DNA of 64,000 nt from Leucoraja erinacea (Eukaryota). The notes beneath the pieces were generated by a model, which was given only the letters and a program-made list of their open reading frames with translations, did not search any database and was not told the DNA's origin. This document shows, piece by piece, positions 38,206 to 51,639 of the stretch. A program made the position numbers and the translations under genes. Position 1 is the first letter of the stretch. Each line of letters begins with the position of its first letter. The DNA is taken from contig NW_026576285.1 of the NCBI RefSeq assembly GCF_028641065.1, positions 62,001 through 126,000 on the forward strand. Reading direction: 5' to 3'.

Positions 38206-41200
38206 CTGTAGGCAAATATAGAGCATTTTAAACATTTATTGATCAATAACAACGTTGTAATGATTTTATTATCTACATTAAACTAGCACTGTTCACATCT
38301 AATTACAAAGTAATAAAGTCTTAGATTGATGTAATTGTCCAGAGGATGGAAGTTTAAATGGATCAATGAAAAATCTTTGAAGTTCATATTGGCATTGAGA
38401 TTTTGTCTGCAGCATTTAATTAAGAATTTAAAGAATCAAGTACATCAGAAATCGATTACTATTTGCAGTCTAGAGGTCAACAAGGCCGTTTNNNNNNNNN
38501 NNNNNNNNNNNNNNNNNNNNNNNNNNNNNNNNNNNNNNNNNNNNNNNNNNNNNNNNNNNNNNNNNNNNNNNNNNNNNNNNNNNNNNNNNNNNNNNNNNNN
38601 NNNNNNNNNNNNNNNNNNNNNNNNNNNNNGTGAATCTCTGGAATTCTCTGCCACAGAAGGTAGTTGAGGTCAGTTCATTGGCTATATTTAAGAGGGAGTT
38701 AGATGTGGCCCTTGTGGCTAAAGGGATCAGGGGGTATGGAGAGAAGGCAGGTACAGGATACTGAGTTGGATGATCAGCCATGATCATATTGATTGGTGGT
38801 GCAGGCTAGAAGTGCCGAATGGCCTACTCCTGCACTTAATTTCTATGTTTCTATGTTTCCCTCTCCCACCCATCCCTCTCTCCCCCACCCCCCTTCCCTC
38901 TCTACCACCACCCCTTCCCCCTACCCCTCTGTCCCTCTTCCACCACTCCCCCTACCCCTCCATCCCCAATCTTCCACTTCTCTCCCCTTACCCCACCCCT
39001 CTTCCTCCTCCACCCCTCTCTCTTCCCTTCCCTTCTCTCCCCCACCCCTTCCCCTACCCCTCTGTTCCTCTTCCACCACTCCCCCATCCCTCTTCCACCA
39101 CTCCCGCTACCCCTCAACCCCTCCCTCCCTCCCTCCCTCCCCACTCCTCTCCTCCTCTCCCCCCCCTCCCTCTCCTCATCCCTCCCCCACCCCCTTCCCT
39201 CTCTCCTCCACCCCCCTTCCCTCCCTCTCTACCCCCCCCCCCTTCCCTCTCCCCCCCGCCCCCTTCCCCCCCCCGTCTGTTGGTCTTCCATCACTCCCCC
39301 TACCCCTCTCCTTCTCCCTCCCGACTCTTCCTCTTCTTTCCCCCCCCTTCCCTGTCCTCTCTCCCCACTCCTTCCCCTCTCTCCCCCCCACCTCACCCCT
39401 TCCCTCCATCCTCCCCATCCCCCTCTCACCTCCTACCCCGCTCTCCTTTCCCTCCCAAATCTGTCCCGTTTCCTTCTCCTCCTCTCCCCTCCCTCCCCTC
39501 TTCTCACCTCCCCTCCCCCCACCTGTGTGTTTGGGGGGTCGTTATTGTGAGTGTGATGTGCTAGACTCCCCCATTACTGAAAACATCCTTTCCACATCCA
39601 CTAACTAGGGCTTTAATTATCTGGTAGGTCTCAGAGATTTCCCCCTCATCCTTCTAAATCCCCACGAGTACAGGCCCAGAGACTTCAAACACTCCTCATA
39701 CGTTAAATCAATCATCCCCAGGACATACATCCTCTGGACTCTCTCCAAAACCAGCACATCCTTTCTAATATGGGGCCCAAAACTGCTCACAATGTTCCAA
39801 ACGTATCCTCACCAGTGACCGATAAAGCCTCAGCATTATATCATTGTTTTTATATTCTAGTCCCCCCGAAATAAATGCTGGCATTGCATTTGCCTTACTT
39901 ACCACTGACTCAATCTGCAAATTAACTATTTGGGAACCACTGACTCAATCTGCAAATTAACTATTTGGGAACCACTGACTCAATCTGCAAATTAACTATT
40001 TGGGAACCCTGCACTAGTACTCCCAAGTCCCTTAGATTTCTGAATTCTCACCCCAATTAGAAAATAGTCTATATGTCTTTATTCCTACTACCAAAATGCT
40101 CAACCAGATTCTTGCTACACTGTATTCCATTTGCCTATGTTTTGCCTTACAGCGCCAGAGACCCGGGTTCAATTCTGACTGCGGGTCCCGTCTGCACAGA
40201 GCTTGTACCTTCTCCCCGGAACCTGCGTGGGTTTTGCCCTGGATCTCCGATTTCCTCCCAAAGACCAAAGACAGACAGGTTTGTAGGTTAATTGACTTGG
40301 TATAATTGTAAATTGTCCCTAATATGTAAGTTAATGTAAATGTGCAGGGATTGCTGGTTGACACGGACTTGGTGGGCTGAAGGGCCTGCTTATGCGCTGT
40401 ATCTCTTAAACTAAAACTACATTCCATTGACTATCAATATTTATGGGCAATTAAAAACCCACAAATTAATAATGGGTGGCACAGTGGCGTAATGGTAGAG
40501 CTGCTGCCTTACTGCACCAGAGTCCTGGGTTCGATCCTGACTACAAGAGCTGTCTGAAAGGACATTGTACGTTCTCCCTGGGACTGCGTGGGTTTTCTCT
40601 GGGTGCTTCGGTTTCCTCACATACTCCAAACAAATACAGGCTTGTGGGTTAATTGGCTTAGGTAAAATTGTAAATTGTCCCCAGTGTACTGGATAGTGTA
40701 AATGTACGGGATGATCACTGTTCGGCAACGACTCAGTGAGCTGAATGGCCTGTTTATGCACTTTATCTCTAAAGTCTAAAGTCTAAATCCACAGGTGAGG
40801 TAAGAGTGTGAGTTGAGGCTGTTATCTCAGTCCAGGAGGTTTATGGTCTCAAGTGATCAGACTCATTCACTTGCCACTTACCCTGTGGAACATTGACTCC
40901 CCGCAGCAGAGTTGTATGTTCGATGTAACAGGAGAATTTTGCCACATCTTCTTTAATCAGTTCAATTGTATTCTTCAGCTGGTAAGTCCCATCCCAATTC
41001 GGTAATAGATCACTGGATTCAAACCCGGGGACCCCCTCACCATCTCTCAGCCACGTTACATCGATGGCCTGTGGGTAGAAGCCTGTGACAAGGCAGGAGA
41101 GGCTCAGTGATTGCGACCCATCACGTTTAATCCCAATAAACACCTCAGGGGTTTCTGCAAGTAGAAGAAGCGTTAGAATCAGTAAAGACATGAAGAAAAG

Positions 41201-44200
41201 TCGTCAATTGGAAGATCACTGCACCTCACCTCTTTCCCAGGCTTCTCTCTGGCTGAACAAAGTTTCCAGCCACGACCCAAAATGCTGGAATAAGCCAACA
41301 GGTCAGGCAGCATCTCTGGAGAGAAGGAATGCCCAGAGATGCTATCTGACCCGCTGAGTTATTCGAACATCTTCTATCTTCGGTGTAAACCATCATCTGC
41401 AGTTCTATTTTGCACAAAGTTTCCAGCCTTTTCTCTTTTCATTTTGAATTTTTGACAAAACAACAAAACATTTAGTTTTAATATCTCTGACATGCTCTAT
41501 ATCTTTGCTCCAGACTTTAACTGACAACACAGACGGAAGGGGAATGCAGGGCCCGATGGAGGAGTATAACTCACCATTGGGATTGATACTGTAGACGTGA
41601 TTGCTTCTACTTGTCACGAATCTCTGCTGAATAATAACACTAAATATTCCAAGAGGGAATGGGAGGAAGAAGTCCAGCAGAGGAGGACAAAGGGCTTAAT
41701 TAGGAAAGGGAAAATAGATTATGAAAGAAAACGGGCAGGGAACATAAAAACTGACTGCAAAAGACTTTGTAGATATGTGAAGAGAAAAAGATTAGTTTAA
41801 TAAAATGTAGGTCTCTTGCAGTCGGAAACAGGTGAATTGATCATGGGGAACAAGGACATGGCAGACCAATTGAATAACTACTTTGGTTCTGTCTTCAATA
41901 AGGAAGACATCAATCATCTGCCGGAAATAGCAGGGGACCGAGGGTCAAATGAGATGGAGGAACTGAGTGAAATCCAGGTTAGCCGGGAAGTAGTGTTAGG
42001 TAAATTGAATGGAGTAAAGGCTGATAAATCCCCAGGGCCGGATAGGATGCATCCCAGAGTACTTAAGGAAGTAGCCCCAGAAACAGTGGATGCATTAGTG
42101 ATCATTTTTCAAAACTCATTAGATTCTGGATTAGGTCCTGAGGATTGGAGGGTAGCTAATGTAACCCCACATTTTAAAAAGGGAGAGAGAGAGAAAACGG
42201 GGAATTACAGACCTGTAACATCGATAGTGGGGAATCAGTTATTAAAGATGGGATAGCAGCACATTTGGAAAGTGGTGAAATCATTGGACAAAGTCAGCAT
42301 GGATTTATGAAATTTAAATCATGTCTGACGAATATTACAGAATTTTTCGAGGCTGTAACTAGTAGAGTGGATAAGGAAGAACCAGTGGATGTGGTGTATC
42401 TGGACTTTCAGAAGGCTTTCTACAAGGTCCCACATAAGAGATTAGTATACAAACTTAAAGCACACGGTATTGGGGGTTCAGTATTGATGTGGATAGAGAA
42501 CTGGTTGGCAGACAGGAAGCAAAGAGTAGGAGTAAACGGGTCCTTTTCACAATAGCAGGTAGTGACTAGTGGGCTACCGCAAGGCTCAGTGCTGGGACCC
42601 CAGCTATTTACAATATATATTAATGATTTGTACGAGGGAATTGAATGCAACATCTCCAAGTTTGCGGATGACACAAAGCTGGGGGGCAGTGTTAGCTGTG
42701 AGGAGGATGCTAGGAGACTGCAAGGTGACTTGGATAGGTTGGTGAGTGGGCAAATGCATGGCAGATGCAGTATAATGTGGATAAATGTGAGGTTATCCAC
42801 TTTGGTGCCAAAAACAGGAAAGTAGAAAGTAAATCTGAATGGTGGCTGATTAGGAAAAGGGGAGATGCAACGAGACCTGGGTGTCATGGTACACCAGTCA
42901 TTGAAAGTAGGAATGCAGGTGCAGCAGGCAGTGAAGAAAGTGAATGGCATGTTAGCATTATAGCAAAAGGATTTGATTATTGGAGCAGGGAGGTTCTACT
43001 GCAGTTGTATAATGTCTTGGTGAGACCACACCTGGAGTATTGTGTACAGTTTTGGTCTCCTAATCTGAGGAAAGACATTCTTGCCATAGAGGGAGTACAG
43101 ATAAGGTTCACCAGACTGATTCCTGGGATGTCAGGACTGTCATATAACCATATAACCATATAACAATTACAGCACGGAAACAGGCCATCTCGGCCCTACA
43201 AGTCCGTGCCGAACAACTTTTTTCCCCTTAGTCCCACCTGCCTGCACTCATACCATAACCCTCCATTCCCTTCTGATCCATATGCCTATCCAATTTATTT
43301 TTAAATGATACCAACGAACCTGCCTCCACCACATCCACTGGAAGCTCATTCCACACCGCTACCACTCTCTGAGTAAAGAAGTTCCCCCTCATGTTGCCCC
43401 TAAACTTCTGTCCCTTAATTATCTTGTGCATTTCAACTACCTTTGAGAACATTAGCAATAGACAATAGGTGTAGGTCACTGGTGCATACCTAAAACAAGC
43501 TACATGCTCTATATTCATCTCGATATCTTGTGCATTACAACTGCCTTGGAGAGCATTAGCAATAGACAATAGGTACGGGACACTGGTGCATACCTAAAAC
43601 AAGCTACATGCTCTATATTCATAGAAAACATAGACAATAGGTGCAGGCCACTGGTGCATACCTAAAACAAGCTACATATAACCATATAACAATTACAGCA
43701 CGGAAACAGGCCATCTCGGCCCTACAAGTCCATGCCGAACAACTTTTTTTCCCCTTAGACCCACCTGCCTGCACTCATACCATACCCCTCCATTCCCTTC
43801 TCATCCATATGCCTATCTAATTTATTTTTAAATGATACCAACGAACCTGCCTCCACCACTTCCACTGGAAGCTCATTCCACACCGCTACCACTCTCTGAG
43901 TAAAGAAGTTCCCCCTCATGTTACCCCTAAACTTCTGTCCCTTAATTATCTTGTGCATTTCAACTACCTTTGAGAACATTAGCAATAGACAATAGGTACA
44001 GGTCACTGGTGCATACCCGAAACAAGCTACATGCTCTATATTCATAGAAACATAGACAATAGGTGCAGGTCACTGGTGCATACCTAAAACAAGCTACATG
44101 CTCTATATTCATCTCGATATCTTGTGCATTACAACTGCCTTTGAGAACATTAGCAATAGACAATAGGTACGGGACACTGGTGCATACCTAAAACAAGCTA

Positions 44201-47200
44201 CATGCTCTATATTCATAGAAACATAGACAATAGGTGCAGGTCACTGGTGCATACCTAAAGCAAGCTACATGCTCTATATTCATCTCGATATCTTGTGCAT
44301 TACAACTACCTTGGAGAACATTAGCTATAGGCAATAGACAATAGGTGCAGGCCACTGGTGCATACCTAAAACAAGCTACATATAACCATATAACAATTAC
44401 AGCACGGAAACAGGCCATCTCGGCCCTACAAGTCCGTGCCGAACAACTTTTTTTCCCTTAGTCCCACCTGCCTGCACTCATACCATAACCCTCCATTCCC
44501 TTCTCATCCATATGCCTATCCAATTTATTTTTAAATGATACCAACGAACCTGTCCGCCTTCACCACTTCCACTGGAAGCTCATTCCACACCGCTACCACT
44601 CTCTGAGTAAAGAAGTTCCCCCTCATATTACCCCTAAACTTCTGTCCCTTAATTCTGAAGTCATGTCCTCTTGTTTGAATCTTCCCTATTCTCAAAGGGA
44701 AAAGCTTGTCCACATCAACTCTGTCTATCCCTCTCATCATTTTAAAGACCTTTATCAAGTCCCCCCTTAACCTTCTGCGCTCCAGAGAATAAAGACCTAA
44801 CTTATTCAACCTATCTCTGTAACTTAGTTGTTGAAACCCAGGCAACATTCTAGTAAATCTCCTCTGTACTCCCTCTATTTTGTTGACATCCTTCCTATAA
44901 TTGGGCGACCAAAACTGTACACCATACTCCAGATTTGGTCTCACCAAACACTAAGAAATGAATATTGAATTGCTAAACTTGCTATTGTGTTGTACCGCTT
45001 ACAGCTGCAAGAACCTGTAGCATCAATAAAGGGCTATAGGTGTATCGCGAGTGTATATATATATATATATACTAGACACAGTGCAGACACGTTGGGTCTG
45101 TTCCCCCAACGTGTGTTTACGGCGAGTGTGTGTGTATATATGTGTGTGTGTGTGTGTGTACAATATACATATGAAGAAAGACTGGATAGACTCGGCTTGT
45201 ACTCGGTAGAATTTAGAAGATTGAGGGGGGATCTTATAGAAACTTACAAAATTCTTAAGGGGTTGGACAGGCTAGACGTAGGAAGATTGTTCCCGATGTT
45301 GGGGAAATCCAGGACGAGCTGTCACAGTTTAACGATAAGGGGGAAAACTTTTAGGACCGAGATGAGAAAAACATTTTTCACACAGAGAGTGGAGAATCTG
45401 TGGAATTCTCTTCCACAGAAGGTAGTTGAGGCCAATTCATTGGCTATATTTAAGAGGGAGTTAGATGGGGCCCTTGTGGCTAAAGGTATCAGGGGGTATG
45501 GAGAGAAGGCAGGTACAGGATACTGAGTTGGATGATCAGCCATTCCTGTTTACCATCTACACAGCGGATTGTCAATATAACACCAACAGCTGCTTTTTGC
45601 AGAAATTTTCAGATGACACAGCTGTTGTAGGCCTCATCAAAGGGGGCAATGAGGAGGAGTATAGAGACACAATTAACAACTTTGTGGAGTGGAGTGCACA
45701 CAATAATCTCCATCTCAACACCAAAAAAACGAAGGAGATAGTTGTGGATTTCAGGAGGGGGAGGAGGAGGATTCAACCAACACCAATCACCATCAGGGGC
45801 ACTGAGGTGGAGGTGGTCGCCAACCACAGGTACCTTGGTGTGCAGCTTGACAGTGAGCTGGACTGGAAGAGTCATATGGAGGCGGTGTACAGGAAGGGAC
45901 AAAGTAGACTGTATTTTTTAAGGAGGCTAAAGTCATTTAATATCTGTCAACCCCTACTGTGCAGTGTCTACCATTCAGTGGTGGCCAGTGCTCTGTTTTT
46001 TGCTGTGGCCTGTTGGGGAGATGGCGCCCGAATAGCGGACAAAAACAGACTGGATAAGCTGATCAGGAAGGCCGGCTCAGTGGTTGGGGCAGAGCAACTA
46101 ACGGTCAAGCAGGTGGCAGAGGCCAGAACTCTGAAAAAACTAGGCTCAATAATGACCAAACCCACTCACCCACTCCACGCCCTGAAGGTGATCAAGTGCA
46201 GCATCTTCAGTCAGAGACTGATTGCACCAATGTGCAAAACGGAGAGACATAGGAAGTCTTGTATACCAGCTGCTATAAGGTTTTATAATGCACAAAAATT
46301 TTAACTTATTATGTATTGAAGATATCTGTTGAAATGTGTGGTGTTATGTCTGTCTTGAAGCTGTTGTGGCACTGTAATTTCCTGTAAAGGATTATTAAAG
46401 GTTATTCATTCATTCATTCATATTGAATGGCGGTGCAGGCTCGAAGGGCCGAATGGCCTACTACTCCACCTATTTTCTATGTTTCTATGTTTAACCAGAG
46501 AACTGTTGGAAATTGAATGTTACCAACTTAAGGAGTAATAGAGGCAAATAGAGAATCTGTTTGGGTTTCTGATCAGTTCAGCGACAGACCCTTCACTCCA
46601 GAAGGTTGGTGCTGAACATAAGATCGTCATATCCCTCCATTTATTGAATATCTATATGAGTGTGAATAGTGGACACTTGTGCAATGTTAATGTTTCACTT
46701 GCCCTTCCTACCCACTGGATCCATCTAAGAGGCATGTTGCCAGACAATTTACTGATACCCTCGCCCAAGAACAGGGTGGCGAAGCGGTTGAGCTACTGCC
46801 TAACAGCGCCAGAAACCTGGGCTCGAAACTTTCTACGGGTGCTTGTCTTCACAGAGTGTGTACGTTCTCCCTGTGAACTGCATGGGTTTTATCCGAGATC
46901 TTCGGTTTCCCCTCACACTCGAAAGACGTACAAATTTGTAGGTTAATTGGGTTGGTATAATGCAAATTGTCCCTCGTGTGTGTAGGATAGTGTTAGTGAG
47001 TGGGCATCGCTGGCTGGTGCGGTCTCGGTGGGCCAAAGGGCCTGTTTCCTAACTGTATCTCTGAACTAAACAAAATAATTGCTCAAGTGTCAGCCTGAAG
47101 TGCATGATATTTCCCACCTTATCTAGAGGATATCCCCGTTCCACCAGTCAGAGTGCCTAGGTCGTGTACCTCTCCTCTGTAGTGCTTCTTGTCCACACTC

Positions 47201-50200
47201 CAGATATATCAGCAGCCACTTCACACAGTCCTTCTCCAGGAGATCTTTGAAATATTTGTTCATGAAGATGTTGACATTCCACCGATCTGCTAGCACCTGG
47301 AAATCTGGACGTAGAGCAATCCAGCGCATTCTGTCCTTGTCAAAAGCACAGGCATCCTCCCCATCATAACCCAGTCTGACAAACCCATCAGTGGAATTGT
47401 CACTGTCCACTTCACAGCCGCAGAAACCCTGCACAAAGAAAATAGCTGGGGCTGAGGTAGGGGTGAAGGATTTGGGTTGGGTAGAGGGGATGGAGGGGAG
47501 AGGCAATTTACAAATCAGTTCTCAGCATGGTACAAACAGGCATAACAGAACACAGCACAGGAGCAGGTTTAGTTTAGAGATACAGTGCGGAAAGAGGCCC
47601 TTCAGCCCACCGAGTCCGTACCGACCAGTGGTCCCCGCATATTAACACTATCCTACACAGACTGCTTTCTTTCCAGCTTTCTCCAACCTGCACCACTCTA
47701 AATGGTCCTGGTCTAATATGTTTTCTGTCCATTTTTCCACAGAATGCTGCCTGACTTGTTGAGTTCCTCCTGTTTGTTTTTAATTCAGATTGGCAGCATC
47801 TGCAGTTGGCTATGACTCCATCTTAGCACAATTGATGATCAGTGTGGATTCAGTGAGCAGAAGGGCCGGTTTCCATGATGTGTGACTCAATGACTCTATG
47901 ACCCATGGTCTATATACTGAGGGCATAGACTAACCTCAAGTGTTGAGGGGAGAAGCTTTGCTGTTGTGGATGTAACACTAAAGGTGTTCTGCTGTGTCAG
48001 AAGGATAGAACTCAGATTTCTGCACTGTCATACATAAAGAACAAAGGAAGAAGTGCATTGTCAGATGGGCAATGCTTCAGAGCCAACAGGTAAGTCTGAA
48101 GGTTAAGGCAATGCAGATGGGAAGTACATCAAGGCTGTTGCACCATGTGGGATTGCTACACCCTCTGAGCATTGTTGCCAATATTGAGGGAATGCTGCAT
48201 TAACAGAATATTATTACCGAAGGAATACATCATAATCACCATCAACCAGCTTAAATCAAGGTCCCATCTCTAGGTGATCAGGCTATAAATAAACTAAGGT
48301 ACACAAAAGTGCTGAAAAAACTCAGCGGGTGCAGCAGCATCTATGGAGCGAAGGAAATATGCAACGTTTCGGGTCAAAACCCTTCTTCAGAATATAAATA
48401 AACTAATGTTTTCTCCCTCATTCTAGCCCAATAAAACAGATGATCCATTCCATCCACTTATTACTGGTGTTGAATATCAAATGCTTAACCCATAAATACA
48501 TTATCACCAGCCAACTGTTATCGATGGGTGTTCAGCATTAAGGACACATTTAATATAAAAGATGGGCCGTGTCTCTATCAAAATGTGATGGAGTAAATGC
48601 CCGAAACAGCATCAATGGTGCTGAAGTGAAAAAGGTTTGAGAGGTTCTGGTTCCCATACTGCCTCAGGACACTACGGAAATGCGGCATCACCAATGACAC
48701 TTACAAACTTCTACGAATGTTCCATAGAAGCATACTGGCAGGTTGCATCACAACAAAGTTTGGAAAGAGTTCTGCCCAAGACCGCTGGAAATTGCCGAGA
48801 TGTGGAGATGTAGCACAGTCGATCACACAAACATAATTCCCCACCATTGAGACCATCTGTATTTCAACTGGCTCAGGAAAGCAGACAACATAATCAAAGA
48901 TTCACTCCGCTCTCGCATTCCTTCTTCTTCCATATAACCATATAACAATTACAGCACGGAAACAGGCCATCTCGGCCCTACAAGTCCGTGCCAAACAACG
49001 TTTTTCCCTTAGTCCCACTTGCCTGCACTCATACCATAACCCTCCATTCCCTTCTCATCCATATGCCTATCCAATTTATTTTTAAATGATACCAATGAAC
49101 CTGCCGACACCACTTCCACTGGAAGCTCATTCCACACCGCTACCACTCTCTGAGTAAAGAAGTTCCCCCTCATATTACCCCTAAACTTCTGTCCCTTAAT
49201 TCTGAAGTCATGACCTCTTGTTTGAATCTTCCCTATTCTCAAAGGGAAAAGCTTGTCCACATCAACTCTGTCTCTCCGTCTCATCATTTTAAAGACCTCT
49301 ATCAGGTCCCCCATTAACCTTCTGCGCTCCAGAGAATAAAGACCTAACTTATTCAACCTATCTCTGTAACTTAGTTGTTGAAACCCAGGCAACATTCTAG
49401 TAAATCTCCTCTGTACTCTCTCTATTTTGTTGACATCATTCCTATAATTGGGCGACCAAAATTGTACACCATACTCCAGATTTGGTCTCACCAATGCCTT
49501 GTATAATTTTAACATGACATCCAACAGAAGGTACGCAAGCTTGAAAACGTGCCCCACTAGACTCAGTAGCTGGTTCCTCCCTAATGTTATCAGGTTTCTG
49601 AACAGTCCTCCCTTATGCTAGGGGTCACCTCAACCTTGTTGTAGACACTGGACTTTGTCTCTGGCACTGGCACATTACAATGCTGAGAACTATATTCTGC
49701 CCTCTTTGCTCTACCTATTGTACTTGAGTTTGGTTTGATTGTATTTGTGAATAGTATTCTTTGGTGTGATTGACTAACATGCAAAACAAGTGTGTCAGAT
49801 TACTCCAGTACATGTGACAGCAACAAAACTAAAACAAAATCCATCTGTGGCATCACTGGGTCTCCACCCCAGGTCCGGTCACGACACTTACTCAATATAC
49901 CATGTTGCTGTTGGTAAACTATCTCAGCATTTCCTTTGACAATCCCATGAAAACCTGCAACTGTGATGGCCATTGAATCCCAGTGATCCTGCGGGAAAGA
50001 CTGGGCCATCCATCGCTGTCTGGGAACAGCCCGCTCTAGTGTGCTGTCAAAATATGCTATCTGGAGGTCATCCAACATTGCTACCATACTGTACTCAGGC
50101 AGCTCACTCAATCCATGGTTCAACAGGTAGTAAAATGCAAGTTGGTGAAAATCTGCAATGCATAAACAAAAATGAGTACGATTGTATCATTCACTGTAAA

Positions 50201-51586
50201 GAACTCAAAGTTATTAATGCTAAAACTGATAACAGTGCAAGAAATTTGAATAAGGGTGTCACAAGGATCTGCAGATCCAAGTGCTGGAGGAACTCAGTGG
50301 GGCAGGCAGCATCAATGATCAGGTAACAATTTGGGTCAGGAGCCTTTAGTTTAGGTTTCAGCTAGAGGCGCAGCATGAAAACAGGCCCTTCGGCCCACTG
50401 AGTCCACACTGGCCAGCAACCCCCACACTCTAACACCATCCTACACACACAAGGGACAATTTACATTCTACACCAATCCAATTATCCAATTAACCTACAA
50501 ACCTCTATGTCTTTGGAATGTGGGAAGAATCATGTGGAGAATGTACAAACTCCGTACAGTCGCGATCCAACCTGGGTCTACGGTGCTGTAATCGAGATAA
50601 GGGAGCAAGTCTACCGCTGCACCACTGAGCCATCTTCAAGAGTTGGCAAGATGGGCTCTGATATCTACTCCACCAATTGTGGTCGAGGTATTGAATTATC
50701 CGATTGGATTGCTTCCCATCTTCAAAGATCTATTATTGTCTATCATGTCGATAGTTACAATATTCCAAAATTCAAAGAATATTTAATTATATTAAGAGGT
50801 GGGGGTGTGAGAGAGAGGGTGTTTGTGGCAGGGGTGGGTGGAGGGGGGTGTAGGGAAGGGGGGTTGGGGGTGGGGAAGGGAGGTGAGGGAGGGGTTGGGG
50901 GAGGGGATGTGGGGGAGGGGATGTGGGGAAGTGGAGGGGGTGTGGGGGAGGGGGCATTGTGAGAGGGTGGTGTGGGGGAGGGGGTGTGTGAGAGGGGGGT
51001 GTGGGGGAGGGGGGAAGGAGGTGGAGTGGAGGAGGGGTGTGAGGGGATGGGGTGTGGGGGAGGGCAATGTGGGGGAGTTTGGGGAGGGGGTGTGTGGGGG
51101 ACGGGGTAGGGTGGGGGTTGGGGGTTGTGTGGGGGGGGGGTGGTTTGGGAGTATTGGGGGACAGTTGCGGAGGGAGGGGGACCGTGGGGGAGGGGGTGGG
51201 GGAGGCGGGGTGTGGGGGTGTGTGAAGGAGGCGATGTGAGGGAGGGGGGGGGGGTGTGGGGGAGGGAGATGTGGGGGAGGTGGGTGGGGGTGGGGGGAAG
51301 GGTGATGTGGAGAAATGGGGGTGGGGGTGTTTGGGGAGGGGTCGTGTGCGAGAAGGGAGGCTGTGTTGGGGGGGGGGGGGGTTGTGGGGGAGGGGGGATC
51401 ATTGAATACCATAACTTTTGTACTATTTCACCAATCGAAACAAAACCTATTTGACTTGCAGCAGTGGAGAATGGTGCAAAAGGTGCAAAAAGGGTGGTAA
51501 GGTGCAAAAAATCATTGCGCTCTGGGGGGTCATTTTGCGCAAATTTAGTTGCAATGCAGACAGGAAGCGGTCAAGATGAGAGTTTT

Positions 51587-51639
<53 letters not shown>

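Larger units (their letters stand above)
41670..46492 (+). mobile_element. CR1 family A with two nested insertions (43146-45167 and ~45544-46418)
   Basis: The RT frame stops at ..GMSGLSY (43145) and resumes at YEERLDRLG (45170); the 3' UTR resumes at 46419. Confidence 0.88.

Noticed and set aside
38770-39608. Long Pro/Ser/Leu- or Gly-rich ORFs (also 50755-51507, 52278-52895, 53290-54349, 62570-63253)
   Set aside because: Translations of C/G-rich low-complexity tracts, which lack stop codons in several frames; no splice or domain evidence.
43420-44380. Repeat-spacer-like pattern reminiscent of a CRISPR array
   Set aside because: Eukaryotic context, the spacers themselves repeat, and there are no cas genes; it is a tandem amplification tied to CR1 ends.
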